Shown: positions 40,592 to 51,378 of the stretch, in pieces | How the letters are laid out: every line of letters starts with the position of its first letter | Numbering within the stretch: position 1 is the first letter of the stretch | Source of the DNA: Cyanobacteria bacterium auto_48_18 | Lineage (GTDB): Bacteria; Cyanobacteriota; Vampirovibrionia; Obscuribacterales; Obscuribacteraceae | Direction: 5' to 3' | Length of the DNA stretch: 64,000 nt | NCBI GenBank assembly: GCA_036170915.1 | Contig: JAVHQC010000010.1 | Location: forward strand, 96,001-160,000 | Program-made: the position numbers and the translations under genes | The notes under the pieces: generated by a model | What the model was told of the DNA's origin: nothing | The model's input: the letters and a program-made list of their open reading frames with translations, nothing else | Database searches by the model: none

Positions 40592-40947
40592 TTCAATTTG
40601 GCCTGAGGTAAGATTTTCTAATTTAGCATGAAACCATTATGGCTTTGATTACCTTTCAACCATTAATCTGACGCCTATTCGCCTCTTTTGCGGCTTCTTT
40701 AAATCGATACCGCTTGTTCTCTGACAAGCCCCCAACTATTGCCGTTTTTTCCAAAATTCAGCCCACCACCACCATACCGGGCCAAACCCCACAACCAACT
40801 ACCCAAATTTACTATAAAACTGTAAGCTAGCCTTTTCAGCCCCGGTCCACTCCCAGTAACCAAGACGAAAACACAGTAATAGTTGGCGTTCCGGGTAAGG
40901 CCGGACGCACCCTCAAACCCGGCGACATTGTCGGCGATAACTATGAG

Positions 40948-42999
40948 TTGCTGGTCTTAATCGGCGAGGGTGGAATTGGCGTTGTTTACCGCTGCTGGCA
41001 TAAAATCATGCAGCGGGAATATGCTCTCAAACTTTTAAAACCCACGCAAGTCAACGAACAAACTTGGCAGCGGTTTCAGGTGGAAGCCAGAGCCATCGCC
41101 AAATTAGACCATCCAAATATCGTCAAAATCTACAATATGGGCATCGATCACGGCGACTGTCCGTATTACGTTATGGAACTGCTAGACGGTAGTTCCTTAA
41201 ATTCATATATCGGCTCAAACACGCTGGCTGAGCTCACTACAGTCCTCGACATATTCAAGCAACTTACTGCAGGCTTTGGTTACGCTCACAGCAAAGGCAT
41301 TATTCACAGAGATGTAAAACCGGCAAATGTAATTTTAGAAACCGACCACTCAGGCTCTTTAATAGTAAAAATTGTCGATTTTGGTATGGCAAAATTATTA
41401 AACCGTGACACGGTTATGAAACAGGGTCTTACCAGTGCCGGCGAAGTATTCGGCACACCTCTGTATATGAGCCCCGAACAATCGATTGGCGCTGATATCG
41501 ATGAACGCTCAGACATTTATTCACTGGGCTGTACTTTCTTTAAAACCCTCACCGGCGAATATCCTTTTCGCGGAGAAAGCTCGGTAGAAACAATTTTATT
41601 GCACCAGACGCAGCCGGCACCAGCACTAAGCGATGTAAGCGATCAAGATTTTCCGCAGCCCATCGAAGACATAGTGCAAAAGATGCTGGCGAAGCGGCCC
41701 GAAGATCGCTATCAATCTATGAAAGAAGTGGAATTTGATATTGAACGATTTGAAAAAAGTCAAAATCACTCTCAGTTTACGTCAAGCCAAATTGTCACTG
41801 ACACTGAGGAAACTGCTGGCGATGCTCCATATAATCTCAAACCGCTTCTCATCCTCGGCGCTGTCACACTCTCGATTCTAGCTATCGGCATTGGTACCTA
41901 CTTACTTTATAAAAACTCAAATCCATCTGTCAGCGATACCACAAACCCTGCCGATACTTCCGCCTCTGTCCGCGATGCGCAATTGGACGGTAGCTTAGAC
42001 ACGGTGACAAGGGCTAAGCCGAATGCCTATGGTGACATAGTTGAAAATTTACCGATTTCTAGAGGCGAACAACTCTTTAATCAATTTAAAAAACGTGCGT
42101 CGCAGCCGGCAGTGAAGAACGGTGTGCGTGGACTGAAATTCTTTTTCCCCGCAACCTCAGTAGGACGAATACAGAACAATCTAGGCATTCATGCAGAAGC
42201 TCGTGGTGAAGTTTTTGTCGGCGAAACGCGACCTATCTGCCTTGAAATACGAGAGAGCGATCCGGCAGTGTGGGCGAATCCTAACATTCTAGAAAAAATT
42301 GATATCGATAATATCAATGAAATAAGGCTTAGTCGCAACAATTCTGTTGAGGAAGATCCGAGAGAAAAGTCTGTGCTTGCCATGCTCAAAATTGCTAGAA
42401 AAGCGAAAAACTTAATTGGAGTGCACTTTGCCGGCTTCAATCCCGGCCTGGCGGTAATCGACTATGTAGAGACCTTTCCTAAGTTGACTCGCTTTAGCAT
42501 AAACAACAGTAATGAATCGGCCAAAGATTTTGCGAAACGCCCTTTTCTGAAAAAACTAGAATATCTTGAAGTGTCAGGCATGCTAGATGTAGACGCAGTG
42601 ATTGCGGCACTTGCAGGTTCAAAAAAATTGCAGGCTTTAATCATCGACGAGACAAATCCGTCACTAGCGGCTCTCGCGTCTCTCAAGACATTCCCTAATC
42701 TAGTTTATCTGTCCTACGGCTCGGCGGTTATTACAGACGAGCAGCTTGCTGCCATCAGCAACATTCCTAGCCTAAATTATTTTGTGGCACGGCGCTCACA
42801 ATGCAATATTGAAAGTATGGTCAAACTGAAAGGCTTCAAACGCCTCACTGAATTTACTATCGCCGGCTGGTCAAAAGAAGACGTTGCACGATTTAAAAAA
42901 TCATTTCCTCAGTGCAAGATAAATGTGCATGAAAAGAGCACCCCACCTTTAGCGGAAGAAGATTTTGAAAGATTAAGCCGACCCACCGACAAAGAGTAA
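40948..42999 (+). CDS. Ser/Thr protein kinase with TM helix and C-terminal LRRs (true start uncertain)
   Basis: GEGGIG, ALK, HRDVKPAN, DFG, GTPLYMSPEQ, SDIYSLG; central TM; LxxLxL repeats. Confidence 0.92.
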   Translation: MLVLIGEGGIGVVYRCWHKIMQREYALKLLKPTQVNEQTWQRFQVEARAIAKLDHPNIVKIYNMGIDHGDCPYYVMELLDGSSLNSYIGSNTLAELTTVLDIFKQLTAGFGYAHSKGIIHRDVKPANVILETDHSGSLIVKIVDFGMAKLLNRDTVMKQGLTSAGEVFGTPLYMSPEQSIGADIDERSDIYSLGCTFFKTLTGEYPFRGESSVETILLHQTQPAPALSDVSDQDFPQPIEDIVQKMLAKRPEDRYQSMKEVEFDIERFEKSQNHSQFTSSQIVTDTEETAGDAPYNLKPLLILGAVTLSILAIGIGTYLLYKNSNPSVSDTTNPADTSASVRDAQLDGSLDTVTRAKPNAYGDIVENLPISRGEQLFNQFKKRASQPAVKNGVRGLKFFFPATSVGRIQNNLGIHAEARGEVFVGETRPICLEIRESDPAVWANPNILEKIDIDNINEIRLSRNNSVEEDPREKSVLAMLKIARKAKNLIGVHFAGFNPGLAVIDYVETFPKLTRFSINNSNESAKDFAKRPFLKKLEYLEVSGMLDVDAVIAALAGSKKLQALIIDETNPSLAALASLKTFPNLVYLSYGSAVITDEQLAAISNIPSLNYFVARRSQCNIESMVKLKGFKRLTEFTIAGWSKEDVARFKKSFPQCKINVHEKSTPPLAEEDFERLSRPTDKE

Positions 43000-43033
43000 A
43001 GATGACTAACTACTCGACTTGCCGGCGATGGTA

Positions 43034-43067
43034 CCGTTGGTGATACCTTGACCTCAGTCACCAACGG
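43034..43067. other. 10-bp perfect inverted repeat between the kinase and Q-rich genes
   Basis: CCGTTGGTGA-N14-TCACCAACGG, no U-tract. Confidence 0.5.
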
Positions 43068-43180
43068 CAATGGGCCGACGGACGAAAAGGTGCGCGGTTC
43101 CAGATAAGCTACAATTATGCAAATCTGCGTGGCAAAGTAGTCATGAAGTAACCCGGCCCGGCAATAATGAGGATTCGCAC

Positions 43181-44269
43181 GTGAAAAAGAACCAGATAGC
43201 AGCGCTCTTAATTGCGGCATCTATATTCTTGACTATTCCTGCCCCCTCATTTGCGCAAAATAATGAAGGGCCTCAGGTATCCACCGTCATGCTCAAAGTT
43301 GTGCGCAATCAAGACGGCAGCCAGAGCGTGATCACCCCCAAAGGCGACCTGGCCCCATTGCCTGGAGCCGGCGTTGCAGGTGACGCAGCCGAAATTTACA
43401 TGGGCTCGCAAGGCGGCTTCTGGTACCAAGACATGACCGGTCAAACTGTTGATCTCAACGCCGCTGTTCAAGCCTTGCAAGCAAGACGCCAGCGGGCATC
43501 AGCTCACCAGATTCCGCAGTACGCTCCGCAGCCATACTATCCAGAGCAACAGACTCAAAACACCACTCAGACGACAACCCAATCAACAGGCAGCGGTGCA
43601 CTTGCTGCCGTAGGTACCGCAGCTGCAGCGGGCATGGGTGCTATGGCAGGCGCGGCAATGTCCAACAATTATTACAACGCTCCTTACGGAACGCCTATGT
43701 ACTACGGCGCACACGGCAGCCCCTACTATTACAACAATAATAATGAGCGGCAAACATTCAGCGATCTGAACGCCAACCAACAAGCGGTGCTGTACAACAA
43801 AAGAAAAAATACAGTGAATAATCAGGCTGAAGCGGTTCAGCATGCGCAGACCAGTCAACAAAATCGTCAGGAACAGTATCAGACCAGCCAACAAAACAGA
43901 CAGAGCCAATATCAGAGCGCTCAACAAACAAGACAGACTGAGTATCAGAACAACCAGAACATCCAGGCCAACAGAACGCAAATGGCGCAGGAAGCGCAAG
44001 CCAACCGCTCAGGCTCACAGCATCAAGAAAACTATCAGAGGCAACAACAGTGGTATCAACAGCAGGTTGCGCAGAACCCAGGCCGTTTTCAAAAATCTGA
44101 AAGCAACCCATTTACCGCTCAAGGCGGCGGTGGCTTTGGTCAAGCGCGAGCCGAAGGTGGTGGAGGCCGCTTTAGCGAAGCTAGAGCCGAAGGTGGTGGT
44201 CGCTTTAGTGGCGAACGCGCTTCAGGTCGTTCGTTCAGTGGTGGTGGTGGCAGAGTGCGCAGACGCTAA
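43181..44269 (+). CDS. Secreted Q/Y-rich low-complexity protein with G/R/F-rich tail
   Basis: GAGGA RBS then GTG 43181; signal peptide ending SFA-Q. Confidence 0.8.
   Translation: MKKNQIAALLIAASIFLTIPAPSFAQNNEGPQVSTVMLKVVRNQDGSQSVITPKGDLAPLPGAGVAGDAAEIYMGSQGGFWYQDMTGQTVDLNAAVQALQARRQRASAHQIPQYAPQPYYPEQQTQNTTQTTTQSTGSGALAAVGTAAAAGMGAMAGAAMSNNYYNAPYGTPMYYGAHGSPYYYNNNNERQTFSDLNANQQAVLYNKRKNTVNNQAEAVQHAQTSQQNRQEQYQTSQQNRQSQYQSAQQTRQTEYQNNQNIQANRTQMAQEAQANRSGSQHQENYQRQQQWYQQQVAQNPGRFQKSESNPFTAQGGGGFGQARAEGGGGRFSEARAEGGGRFSGERASGRSFSGGGGRVRRR
43847..43945 (+). repeat. Three 33-bp coding repeats (QTSQQNRQxQY)
   Basis: QTSQQNRQEQY, QTSQQNRQSQY, QSAQQTRQTEY. Confidence 0.9.
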
Positions 44270-44294
44270 GTCTGCACAGTTCGCACCAGCCAGT

Positions 44295-44870
44295 TTATTT
44301 CGCAGCTTTCTTCAGCGGCTTCCAGTCAGTGTTTAAGTGCAGTACAACCCACTGCCCGTTTTTGCGTTCGAATACTTCTGAGCACCACGATTCAAGAGTG
44401 GTGGCACCAGGATCGTTGAGATCTTTTGTTGCTCTGAATGACACCATTGCTGTTTCACCTTTGATGTGAACAAATGGATTGTGCACAATCAATCGCTTTA
44501 CTGGATGAGTGCTTTGATTGCCCAAAATATTCTTCTTGACGTGGTCAATTACTGTTTGCTTACCGTGCACATATTGCTTAGTTTCGGCATCAAAAGTGGT
44601 GACTTCATCACTCAGTGCAGCACCAATTTGATCGAGGTTACGATGGGCCATACCCTGCAACAACTTTTGCAAGGCGGCGATTACCGCTAAATCTTCTTTG
44701 TCTGTCTGTGTAGCACCAACCAGCTCTATATCGATCATTGCTTCAGGTTTTATTACAGCAGGTTTTATTGAAGCAGGCTTTTCTTCCACCGCGCTTACCG
44801 GCAAATTGCCCGCAAGTGTCAATGCCGCAAGTAAAACCAAATGGTTGAATCCAGGTCTAAACATTTTCAT
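44295..44870 (-). CDS. Exported NTF2/SnoaL-like (DUF4440) protein
   Basis: GAAGGAG RBS; signal peptide; GETAMVSF...SEVFERKNGQWVVLH. Confidence 0.82.
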   Translation of the reverse strand: MKMFRPGFNHLVLLAALTLAGNLPVSAVEEKPASIKPAVIKPEAMIDIELVGATQTDKEDLAVIAALQKLLQGMAHRNLDQIGAALSDEVTTFDAETKQYVHGKQTVIDHVKKNILGNQSTHPVKRLIVHNPFVHIKGETAMVSFRATKDLNDPGATTLESWCSEVFERKNGQWVVLHLNTDWKPLKKAAK

Positions 44871-44879
44871 CTCCTTCGG

Positions 44880-45221
44880 TTAAAAGCGGGCGTCATTGTA
44901 AGCAGAATCTTGCGCGTTCAAGGCACGGTCAAGATCTCGCACTTGACGGTCGCAGTCTTGCAAGTAGCGACTGAGGGAATATTTTTGTTGCTGCAGTTCG
45001 GCAATTTTGCGATCTACGTCGCTGTAGGCTCGCTGAATCTGAGAGCGTTGGTCTAGCACCTGATCGCGTGAGCGCAAGAGGCTGTTGCGCGCGCCTGAAC
45101 TGTAGGCGAACACAGCCCCTCCCAGAGAAAGTAATGCCAGTGTAGCGACTAAGGTGCGGCGAACGGGTCTATCTTTTGCCCGTATTTTCGAGTCAAGACA
45201 GCTCTGTTTACTCAACGGCAT
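44880..45221 (-). CDS. Small exported coiled-coil protein
   Basis: Hydrophobic segment ending VFA then heptad-rich helix; overlaps the RND stop codon. Confidence 0.65.
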   Translation of the reverse strand: MPLSKQSCLDSKIRAKDRPVRRTLVATLALLSLGGAVFAYSSGARNSLLRSRDQVLDQRSQIQRAYSDVDRKIAELQQQKYSLSRYLQDCDRQVRDLDRALNAQDSAYNDARF

Positions 45222-48200
45222 TCTTTTTTCTCCTCAGGGCAGACAGCATAGATTTGATCATGACGAAAATCACAGGAACAAGATAAAGGCTAAGTATAGT
45301 CGAAACAACCATACCACCACATACGGCGGTACCTAGCGATTGACGTGAATTAGCACCAGCGCCTTCGGCAATCACAAGTGGAAATAGTCCGGCTACGAAC
45401 GCCAGCGATGTCATCAAAATCGGCCGCAGCCTCATTGTCGAAGCCTGCACCGCTGCGTCTTTAATTGAGAGTTTTTCAACTTTGAGCAAGTGATTGGCAA
45501 ATTCAACAATTAGAATAGCGTTTTTACTGGCCAGACCAACAAGCATTACAAGACCAATCTGGCAGAAAACATCATTCTGCAGACCTCGCATCCATTGCGC
45601 TGATAGAGCGCCAAGAACTGCCGGTGGAACGGACAGCAAGATGATGAATGGATCAGTAAAGCTTTCATACTGCGCCGACAAAACCAGAAATACAAAGACA
45701 ATACCCAGAGCGAAAATTACAATTGCAGAACTGCCGGCCTGAATTTCTTCAAGCGAAATGCCTGACCAAGAGAATGTCATGCCCTTGGGCAGCACATCAG
45801 CAGACAGCTTAGTCATGGCTTCCAGAGCCTGTCCTGAACTATAGCCGTGTGCTGGCGAACCATTCACTTCAACAGAGCGGAAAAGATTGTAGTGCGAAAT
45901 GATTGGCGCGCATAAACTCGGAGCACCTTCAATCAAAGTATCGAGGGTGATCATTTTGCCGTCTCGATTTTTGATGTAATACTGAAGCAAGCTCTTGGGC
46001 TCTACTCGAAAACCCTGGTCAGCTTGTACATAAACTCTGTAGCTGCGATTGATGTAATCAAAATCGTTGACATACGATGAACCGAGCAAAAGCTGCAATG
46101 TATCAAGCACTTGCGAGATGTCGACATTTAACGCCTCGGCCAGTTCTCTGCGCACATTGACATTCAGCCTGGGAGTGCCGGCACTGAATGTGGTGAACAA
46201 TCCCTTGAGACCAGCGCTGCTGTTGCCGGTCTTAATCAACTTGCCGGCGGTCAAAGCCAGCTCCCCTACAGATCTGCCAAATTTGTCTTGCAGTTGATAA
46301 GAGAAACCACCCATCTGCCCCATGCCCTCAAGGGCTGGAGGTGCAAACGGCCCCATAGATGCTTCGGTCACTTTAGAAAGTGTGCCTCGCAATCTGGCAA
46401 TTACGGCGTCGGCATGGCTACTTTTCTCTGCTCTTTCTTTCCACGGTTTAAGAGGGCAGAAAACTAAACCGTAGTTGGGTGCCACACCCGAGAAACTGAA
46501 ACCAGACAATGCCAATGCCGGTTGACATTCTTTCTCTGCTTCCACGATTTTACTGACTTTTTTCAACACATCAGTGGTGTATTCGAGAGATGTGCCGTCT
46601 GGGCCGCGACCAACTACAAAGAAGTAGCCTTGATCTTCATCAGGTACGAAGCCACCAGGCAAGACTTTAAATAGATAGACAACGCCGACAATGATCGCCA
46701 CTGAAAGTAGTATCATCACCGGCGCCATCTTGAGCGACATTAGAAGCGTTTTCTCGTAAATCTGGCGAACAAAATCGATGCATTTATTGATTACTTTAAA
46801 GAGAGGGTTCTGATGCTCTGGTTCTGGCTTCAAAATCAGAGCCGATAGAGCCGGCGAAAGAGTCAAGGCATTAAAGGCTGAGAGAGCTACCGATGCAGCA
46901 ATGGTCAAAGCAAACTGTTTATAGAGCTGCCCGGTAGTACCAGGGAAAAAAGCCACAGGCACAAAGACGGCAGCCAAAACTAAAGCGGTGCCCACCAGGG
47001 CACCAGCAGTTTCTTTCATGGCAATTGATGTCGCCTCTCTTGCCGACATTTTAGATTCTTCCATGTGCCGCTTGACGTTTTCAACCACCACGATGGCGTC
47101 ATCAACAACCAGACCAGTGGCCAGAGTTAAACCAAACAATGTCAATGTATTGATGGAGAAGCCCATGGCCTCCATGAATACAAAAGTACCAATCAAACTC
47201 ACCGGAATGGTCACGCAAGCAATAACCATGCTGCGCCAGTCTTGCAAGAAAATGAATATCACCAACACAACAAGCACAATGGCTTCGAGAAGTGTTTTTA
47301 CTACTTCGTTAATCGATTCTTTTACAGCTTCAGTAGTGTCTAAACAGACATCGCATTTGATACCAGGGGGAAATGATTTCTCAAGATCGGCCAATTGAGC
47401 CTTAATACCATTAGCGACTTTAAGAGCGTTGCCACCAGCCCGAAGATAGACGACCATAGCCACCGCACCGCGATCCTTATAGATGCAATCGGTAGAATAA
47501 TTCTCTGCGCCTAGCTCAACCCGACCAATATCGCTGATATGTACCAGTGAACCATCGCTGCCGCGCTTGACCACAACTCTTTCAAACTCTTTTGGATCAG
47601 ACATGCGTCCAATCACCTTTAGATTATATTGATAGCGTTGCCCAGCCGGCGCCGGAGCAGCACCAAGGTCGCCTGCACCTACCTGGCGATTTTGACTTTG
47701 CAAGGCAGTGATCACCTCAAGTGGTGTCATCTGTTGTTTAGCCAGCTTGCCCGGGTCAAGCCAGATGCGCATAGCATATTTGCGCTCGCCCACGAGCTCT
47801 ACGCTGCCCACGCCGTTGATACTTTTGAAGACATCTTTGAGATAAAGGTCGGCGTAGTTGCTTAGATATTCTTGCGAATATTCGCCGTTGCTGTAAAGCG
47901 CTAATGCCATCACCAGTGATGTTGAAACCTTGTCCACTGAAACGCCAAGACGTTTCACTTCTTCAGGCAAGCGACCCTGGGCAGACGACACTTTTGTCTG
48001 CACATCCATGGCCGCCTGGTCATTGCCACGCTCTAAATTAAAAGTGGCGATAATCTTACTGCTGCCGTCATTGCCGCTCCACGACTGAATGTACTTCAGC
48101 CCTTCAATACCATTGATCTCCTTTTCAAGCGGCGTGGTAACTGAAGACTCAACTTGCTCGGCACTGGCACCAATATATGTGCTTTTAACTTGCACCTGGG

Positions 48201-48321
48201 GTGGTGCCAGAGAAGGATACTGCGAAATAGGCAAAGCTGGAATGACAATAGCGCCGGCCAGAATCATGGCAAAGGCAATAACAGCAGCAAATACCGGTCG
48301 ACTGATGAAGAATTCTGACAT
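45208..48321 (-). CDS. RND efflux permease, HAE1/AcrB family
   Basis: FFISRPVFA, GLVVDDAIVVVENV, GLASKNAILIVEFA, RLRPILMTS. Confidence 0.97.
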   Translation of the reverse strand: MSEFFISRPVFAAVIAFAMILAGAIVIPALPISQYPSLAPPQVQVKSTYIGASAEQVESSVTTPLEKEINGIEGLKYIQSWSGNDGSSKIIATFNLERGNDQAAMDVQTKVSSAQGRLPEEVKRLGVSVDKVSTSLVMALALYSNGEYSQEYLSNYADLYLKDVFKSINGVGSVELVGERKYAMRIWLDPGKLAKQQMTPLEVITALQSQNRQVGAGDLGAAPAPAGQRYQYNLKVIGRMSDPKEFERVVVKRGSDGSLVHISDIGRVELGAENYSTDCIYKDRGAVAMVVYLRAGGNALKVANGIKAQLADLEKSFPPGIKCDVCLDTTEAVKESINEVVKTLLEAIVLVVLVIFIFLQDWRSMVIACVTIPVSLIGTFVFMEAMGFSINTLTLFGLTLATGLVVDDAIVVVENVKRHMEESKMSAREATSIAMKETAGALVGTALVLAAVFVPVAFFPGTTGQLYKQFALTIAASVALSAFNALTLSPALSALILKPEPEHQNPLFKVINKCIDFVRQIYEKTLLMSLKMAPVMILLSVAIIVGVVYLFKVLPGGFVPDEDQGYFFVVGRGPDGTSLEYTTDVLKKVSKIVEAEKECQPALALSGFSFSGVAPNYGLVFCPLKPWKERAEKSSHADAVIARLRGTLSKVTEASMGPFAPPALEGMGQMGGFSYQLQDKFGRSVGELALTAGKLIKTGNSSAGLKGLFTTFSAGTPRLNVNVRRELAEALNVDISQVLDTLQLLLGSSYVNDFDYINRSYRVYVQADQGFRVEPKSLLQYYIKNRDGKMITLDTLIEGAPSLCAPIISHYNLFRSVEVNGSPAHGYSSGQALEAMTKLSADVLPKGMTFSWSGISLEEIQAGSSAIVIFALGIVFVFLVLSAQYESFTDPFIILLSVPPAVLGALSAQWMRGLQNDVFCQIGLVMLVGLASKNAILIVEFANHLLKVEKLSIKDAAVQASTMRLRPILMTSLAFVAGLFPLVIAEGAGANSRQSLGTAVCGGMVVSTILSLYLVPVIFVMIKSMLSALRRKKNAVE

Positions 48322-49563
48322 CTACTGACTCCCGGACGCGTCGATTGGTGATTTGTCCGCCAGTAGTTGAATGCCTGAAACCACTACTTCGTCGCCGGCA
48401 TTCAAGCCAGACTTAACCGTTGCTGTATTGTTCTGGATAGAGCTAATTTCAACAGGCTTTTGCCTGGCGATTGGTTTGCCGTCTTCGCCTTGCGCAGCCA
48501 CAAATATAAAGGCCTTACCAGCCACAAATGAAATTGCTTCAGTGGGAACAGACAGTGTTAATTCAGTTTTGAGAATCAACTTAACTTGCACCGATTGATC
48601 GGGGCGAAGTTGATCTTGAGTGTTAGCAAATTCACCTTTTACAAGCACAGATTGGTTCTGCAAATTGACGGTGGGTGCCACGTAGAACACTGCCGTTTGG
48701 CCATAAGAAGCGCCGTCATTACCAAGAATTTCCATCTTGGTACCAACTCGAACTTGTTTTGCCATTTCTTGAGGCACTTCTACATTTACTTCAAGAGGTT
48801 TGTTCTTGCTCAAAGTCGTAAGCTTTGTTTGCGGGTTAACGTAATCACCCATCTTCACAGGAACATTGCCGATTACGCCACTAAAAGGTGCATGTACAGT
48901 ACGGTAGCCAAGTTCGGCTTGTTGAACTTTTAACTCAGCTTTCGCCTCTTCAATGCGTTGCTTAGCGCGCTCAATCACTTCTTTCTGCGCTACTGTTTCT
49001 GCATTCAAAGAGTTGAGATTCGCCTTGGCTACGCGCAGGTCTCGATCTTGTCTGTCAACAGTGGCGAGAGGAACTACACCCCGTTTCTCCAACCAGTAAT
49101 AGCGCTGATACTCGACATTATTAAGATCAACCTGCGACTGTTTTGCCTCTTGTTCTGCCTGAAGCGCACCAAGTCTTCCAACTTCCTTTGCATAGTCTGA
49201 CTTTGACAGTTCCACACTGCTTCGCTTAGCTGCAACTTCGGCCTCTTGCTTATTACTCTCGATTTCAAAAAGCAACTGCCCTTGTTGCACTGGCCTACCA
49301 GCAGTAATTGGAATTTTTGCTATGTATCCATCAATGCGCGGAAACAAGTCTACCGAGTTGCGTGAGTCCATAGCACCAACAAGAGTGACACTAGCAGCAA
49401 CCTTGCTTGCTTCAATCTTTTTCAATTTCACCGGTACTGCTCTTGCCTGCGCCGGCTCGCCTTTCTTCTCAGTCTCTGATTTACAGCTACAAAGCAAAGT
49501 GCCACAAGCGATGATGCAAGCAAGGCAAAACGCGCTGACAAATGGAGAAAAACCTTTTTGCAC
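48322..49563 (-). CDS. RND periplasmic adaptor (membrane fusion protein), lipoprotein
   Basis: LLCSC lipobox-like; PRIDGYI, APFSGVIG, GLNAGDEVVVSG. Confidence 0.94.
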   Translation of the reverse strand: MQKGFSPFVSAFCLACIIACGTLLCSCKSETEKKGEPAQARAVPVKLKKIEASKVAASVTLVGAMDSRNSVDLFPRIDGYIAKIPITAGRPVQQGQLLFEIESNKQEAEVAAKRSSVELSKSDYAKEVGRLGALQAEQEAKQSQVDLNNVEYQRYYWLEKRGVVPLATVDRQDRDLRVAKANLNSLNAETVAQKEVIERAKQRIEEAKAELKVQQAELGYRTVHAPFSGVIGNVPVKMGDYVNPQTKLTTLSKNKPLEVNVEVPQEMAKQVRVGTKMEILGNDGASYGQTAVFYVAPTVNLQNQSVLVKGEFANTQDQLRPDQSVQVKLILKTELTLSVPTEAISFVAGKAFIFVAAQGEDGKPIARQKPVEISSIQNNTATVKSGLNAGDEVVVSGIQLLADKSPIDASGSQ

Positions 49564-49564
49564 T

Positions 49565-51274
49565 TTACTTACTTCTCCTGACTTGAAAGCGTTGTGGACT
49601 GGTGGCAGTAAGAGTATCTACAGAGATAAGCCCCGTGGCGTGCAGCAACCTTGCCTGTGACTGTTTGTACCTGACAAATGCCTCAATGCGTCTGCTCAAT
49701 GCATCAATGTAATCTCGCTCAGCTTGAATCACTTCTAAGTTGGTGCCAATCTGATGTGTGATGCGAACGGTAGCCATGCGCAATTGCTCTGTCGCCGATT
49801 GCACCGCTTCTGATGTCACATCGATTTCGGTTTCTGCCGCTCGAGTATCAAGATAAGCATCACGCACTTCGGCACTGATACGCAGCAGCTCTTCTTTTCC
49901 TTCTAAAACAGCCCTGCGAGTGTTCTGCCTTGCAATTAAAATATTACTGGCACTGTCAACTCCGGCTCCGGCAATCAGCCAGTTTAAAATAAAACCACCC
50001 GAATAGCTGCTGTTGGCGCCGCCACTGGAGCCCGTAGTGACACCACCAGCGGCACTGCCACCACCTGTGGGGATAATGACCGTAGAACCGCCGCTGCCAA
50101 GATTGGTTGAGTTGTTGGTAAAGAATGCCGCTCGCGGTAGAAGACCCGACCCAGCAGCGCGTGTGGCATTGCGCGCTGCTAAGCGCAATTCTTCCCACCG
50201 CGCCAGTTCAGGTCTATTCTGAACTGCCAGCGATGTTAGAAATTCTGGTGTTTGCTTTGAATCGACAAGAGGCTGTTTTGTAATTTGATTTTCAGAAGGT
50301 ATCAAATTGACCAGAACACTTTGGTTGAGCACCACGCATAGTTTCAGTGCAGCGCGCCTCAACTCGACTTCTTGCCTGATCAATCTCTGCTTTTCCAGGG
50401 CATAGAGCGTTTTACTCTGCATCACTTCAAAATCAGTTCCCAAACCAGCGGTTTTTAGATCTTTATTGATGGAAAGCTGCGTATTCGCCACTTCTAACGA
50501 TTTCACCCGCAAATCGAGCAGTGCCCAGTTGAGCACCACATCGTAATACTTCAAGTAAGAATCAAGCAAAGCATCGTTTGTATATTTGTACGTAACCTGA
50601 CGCGCTGCGCGCATCTCATGCAATCTTTCCAGTGATGTGAATAATGCACCCCCACCAAGAAAGACCGGGTAAATAAGAGTGATAAAAAACGGCGATGTTC
50701 GCACTTCGGTGCCGCCCGATTTCAAAGTCTGCGGCACATAATTCATTGACATGCTTGGCAAAAACGAGCTGAAAGATCCGATTAGCTTGTAACGAGAGCC
50801 AAGAGCATCAGTTTGCGCAATTTTAATGGGCAAATTATTGTCTCTTGCCAACTGCAATACGTCGCGTAAGCTAACCGGCTGATTGTAAGAAGCCTCCAAC
50901 TTAATGGGCGGCAACTTGTCGGCGCCCACGGGGATAAGATTTTCAGGCGCAGTCTTTTTGAAGTTCAAACGATCTTCCGAGAAGCTGCCAAGTGGGATTT
51001 TCAGATATTTGGATTTATCTGAGAGCACTCCCGGGTCGGCAGGCTCACGACGATTAGGCATGGTGGGAAAGACCGGCGCAACTTCGGCAGGCGCAGGAGC
51101 GGGAGAAGAAGAAGAAGGAGCCGGAGAAGAAGAAGGAGCAGGAGCAAAAGCAGCAGGCTCTTCAGGCTCGATACCTCTGAGCGCAGGAATACTTTCGCCT
51201 TCAGCCAATGCAGGCAACAGCGAGATTAACAAAGCAAGAAAAAGGGAGATGCCCTGTGCAAAACTTCTCGTCAT
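49565..51274 (-). CDS. TolC-family outer membrane efflux protein
   Basis: Signal peptide; P/A/S linker; GLGTDFEVMQ, NRPEL, GTNLEVIQAE duplicated OEP motifs. Confidence 0.9.
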   Translation of the reverse strand: MTRSFAQGISLFLALLISLLPALAEGESIPALRGIEPEEPAAFAPAPSSSPAPSSSSPAPAPAEVAPVFPTMPNRREPADPGVLSDKSKYLKIPLGSFSEDRLNFKKTAPENLIPVGADKLPPIKLEASYNQPVSLRDVLQLARDNNLPIKIAQTDALGSRYKLIGSFSSFLPSMSMNYVPQTLKSGGTEVRTSPFFITLIYPVFLGGGALFTSLERLHEMRAARQVTYKYTNDALLDSYLKYYDVVLNWALLDLRVKSLEVANTQLSINKDLKTAGLGTDFEVMQSKTLYALEKQRLIRQEVELRRAALKLCVVLNQSVLVNLIPSENQITKQPLVDSKQTPEFLTSLAVQNRPELARWEELRLAARNATRAAGSGLLPRAAFFTNNSTNLGSGGSTVIIPTGGGSAAGGVTTGSSGGANSSYSGGFILNWLIAGAGVDSASNILIARQNTRRAVLEGKEELLRISAEVRDAYLDTRAAETEIDVTSEAVQSATEQLRMATVRITHQIGTNLEVIQAERDYIDALSRRIEAFVRYKQSQARLLHATGLISVDTLTATSPQRFQVRRSK

Positions 51275-51378
51275 TGTGGGCCACCTGGCCGATGCCGAGC
51301 GTCAACTGTCATGCAAAATTCCCGTGAACTAACGCTTTTAAAGATACTGTAGAGTTCAGATACTACCATCATGATAAG

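Noticed and set aside
40760..40805. C-rich tract (G-rich on the minus strand) as a G-quadruplex
   Set aside because: Only three runs of three or more G with long loops; weak support
43583..44336. Several overlapping alternative-frame ORFs (138, 117, 164 aa) in the Q-rich gene
   Set aside because: Expected by-product of low-complexity CAG/CAA-rich sequence
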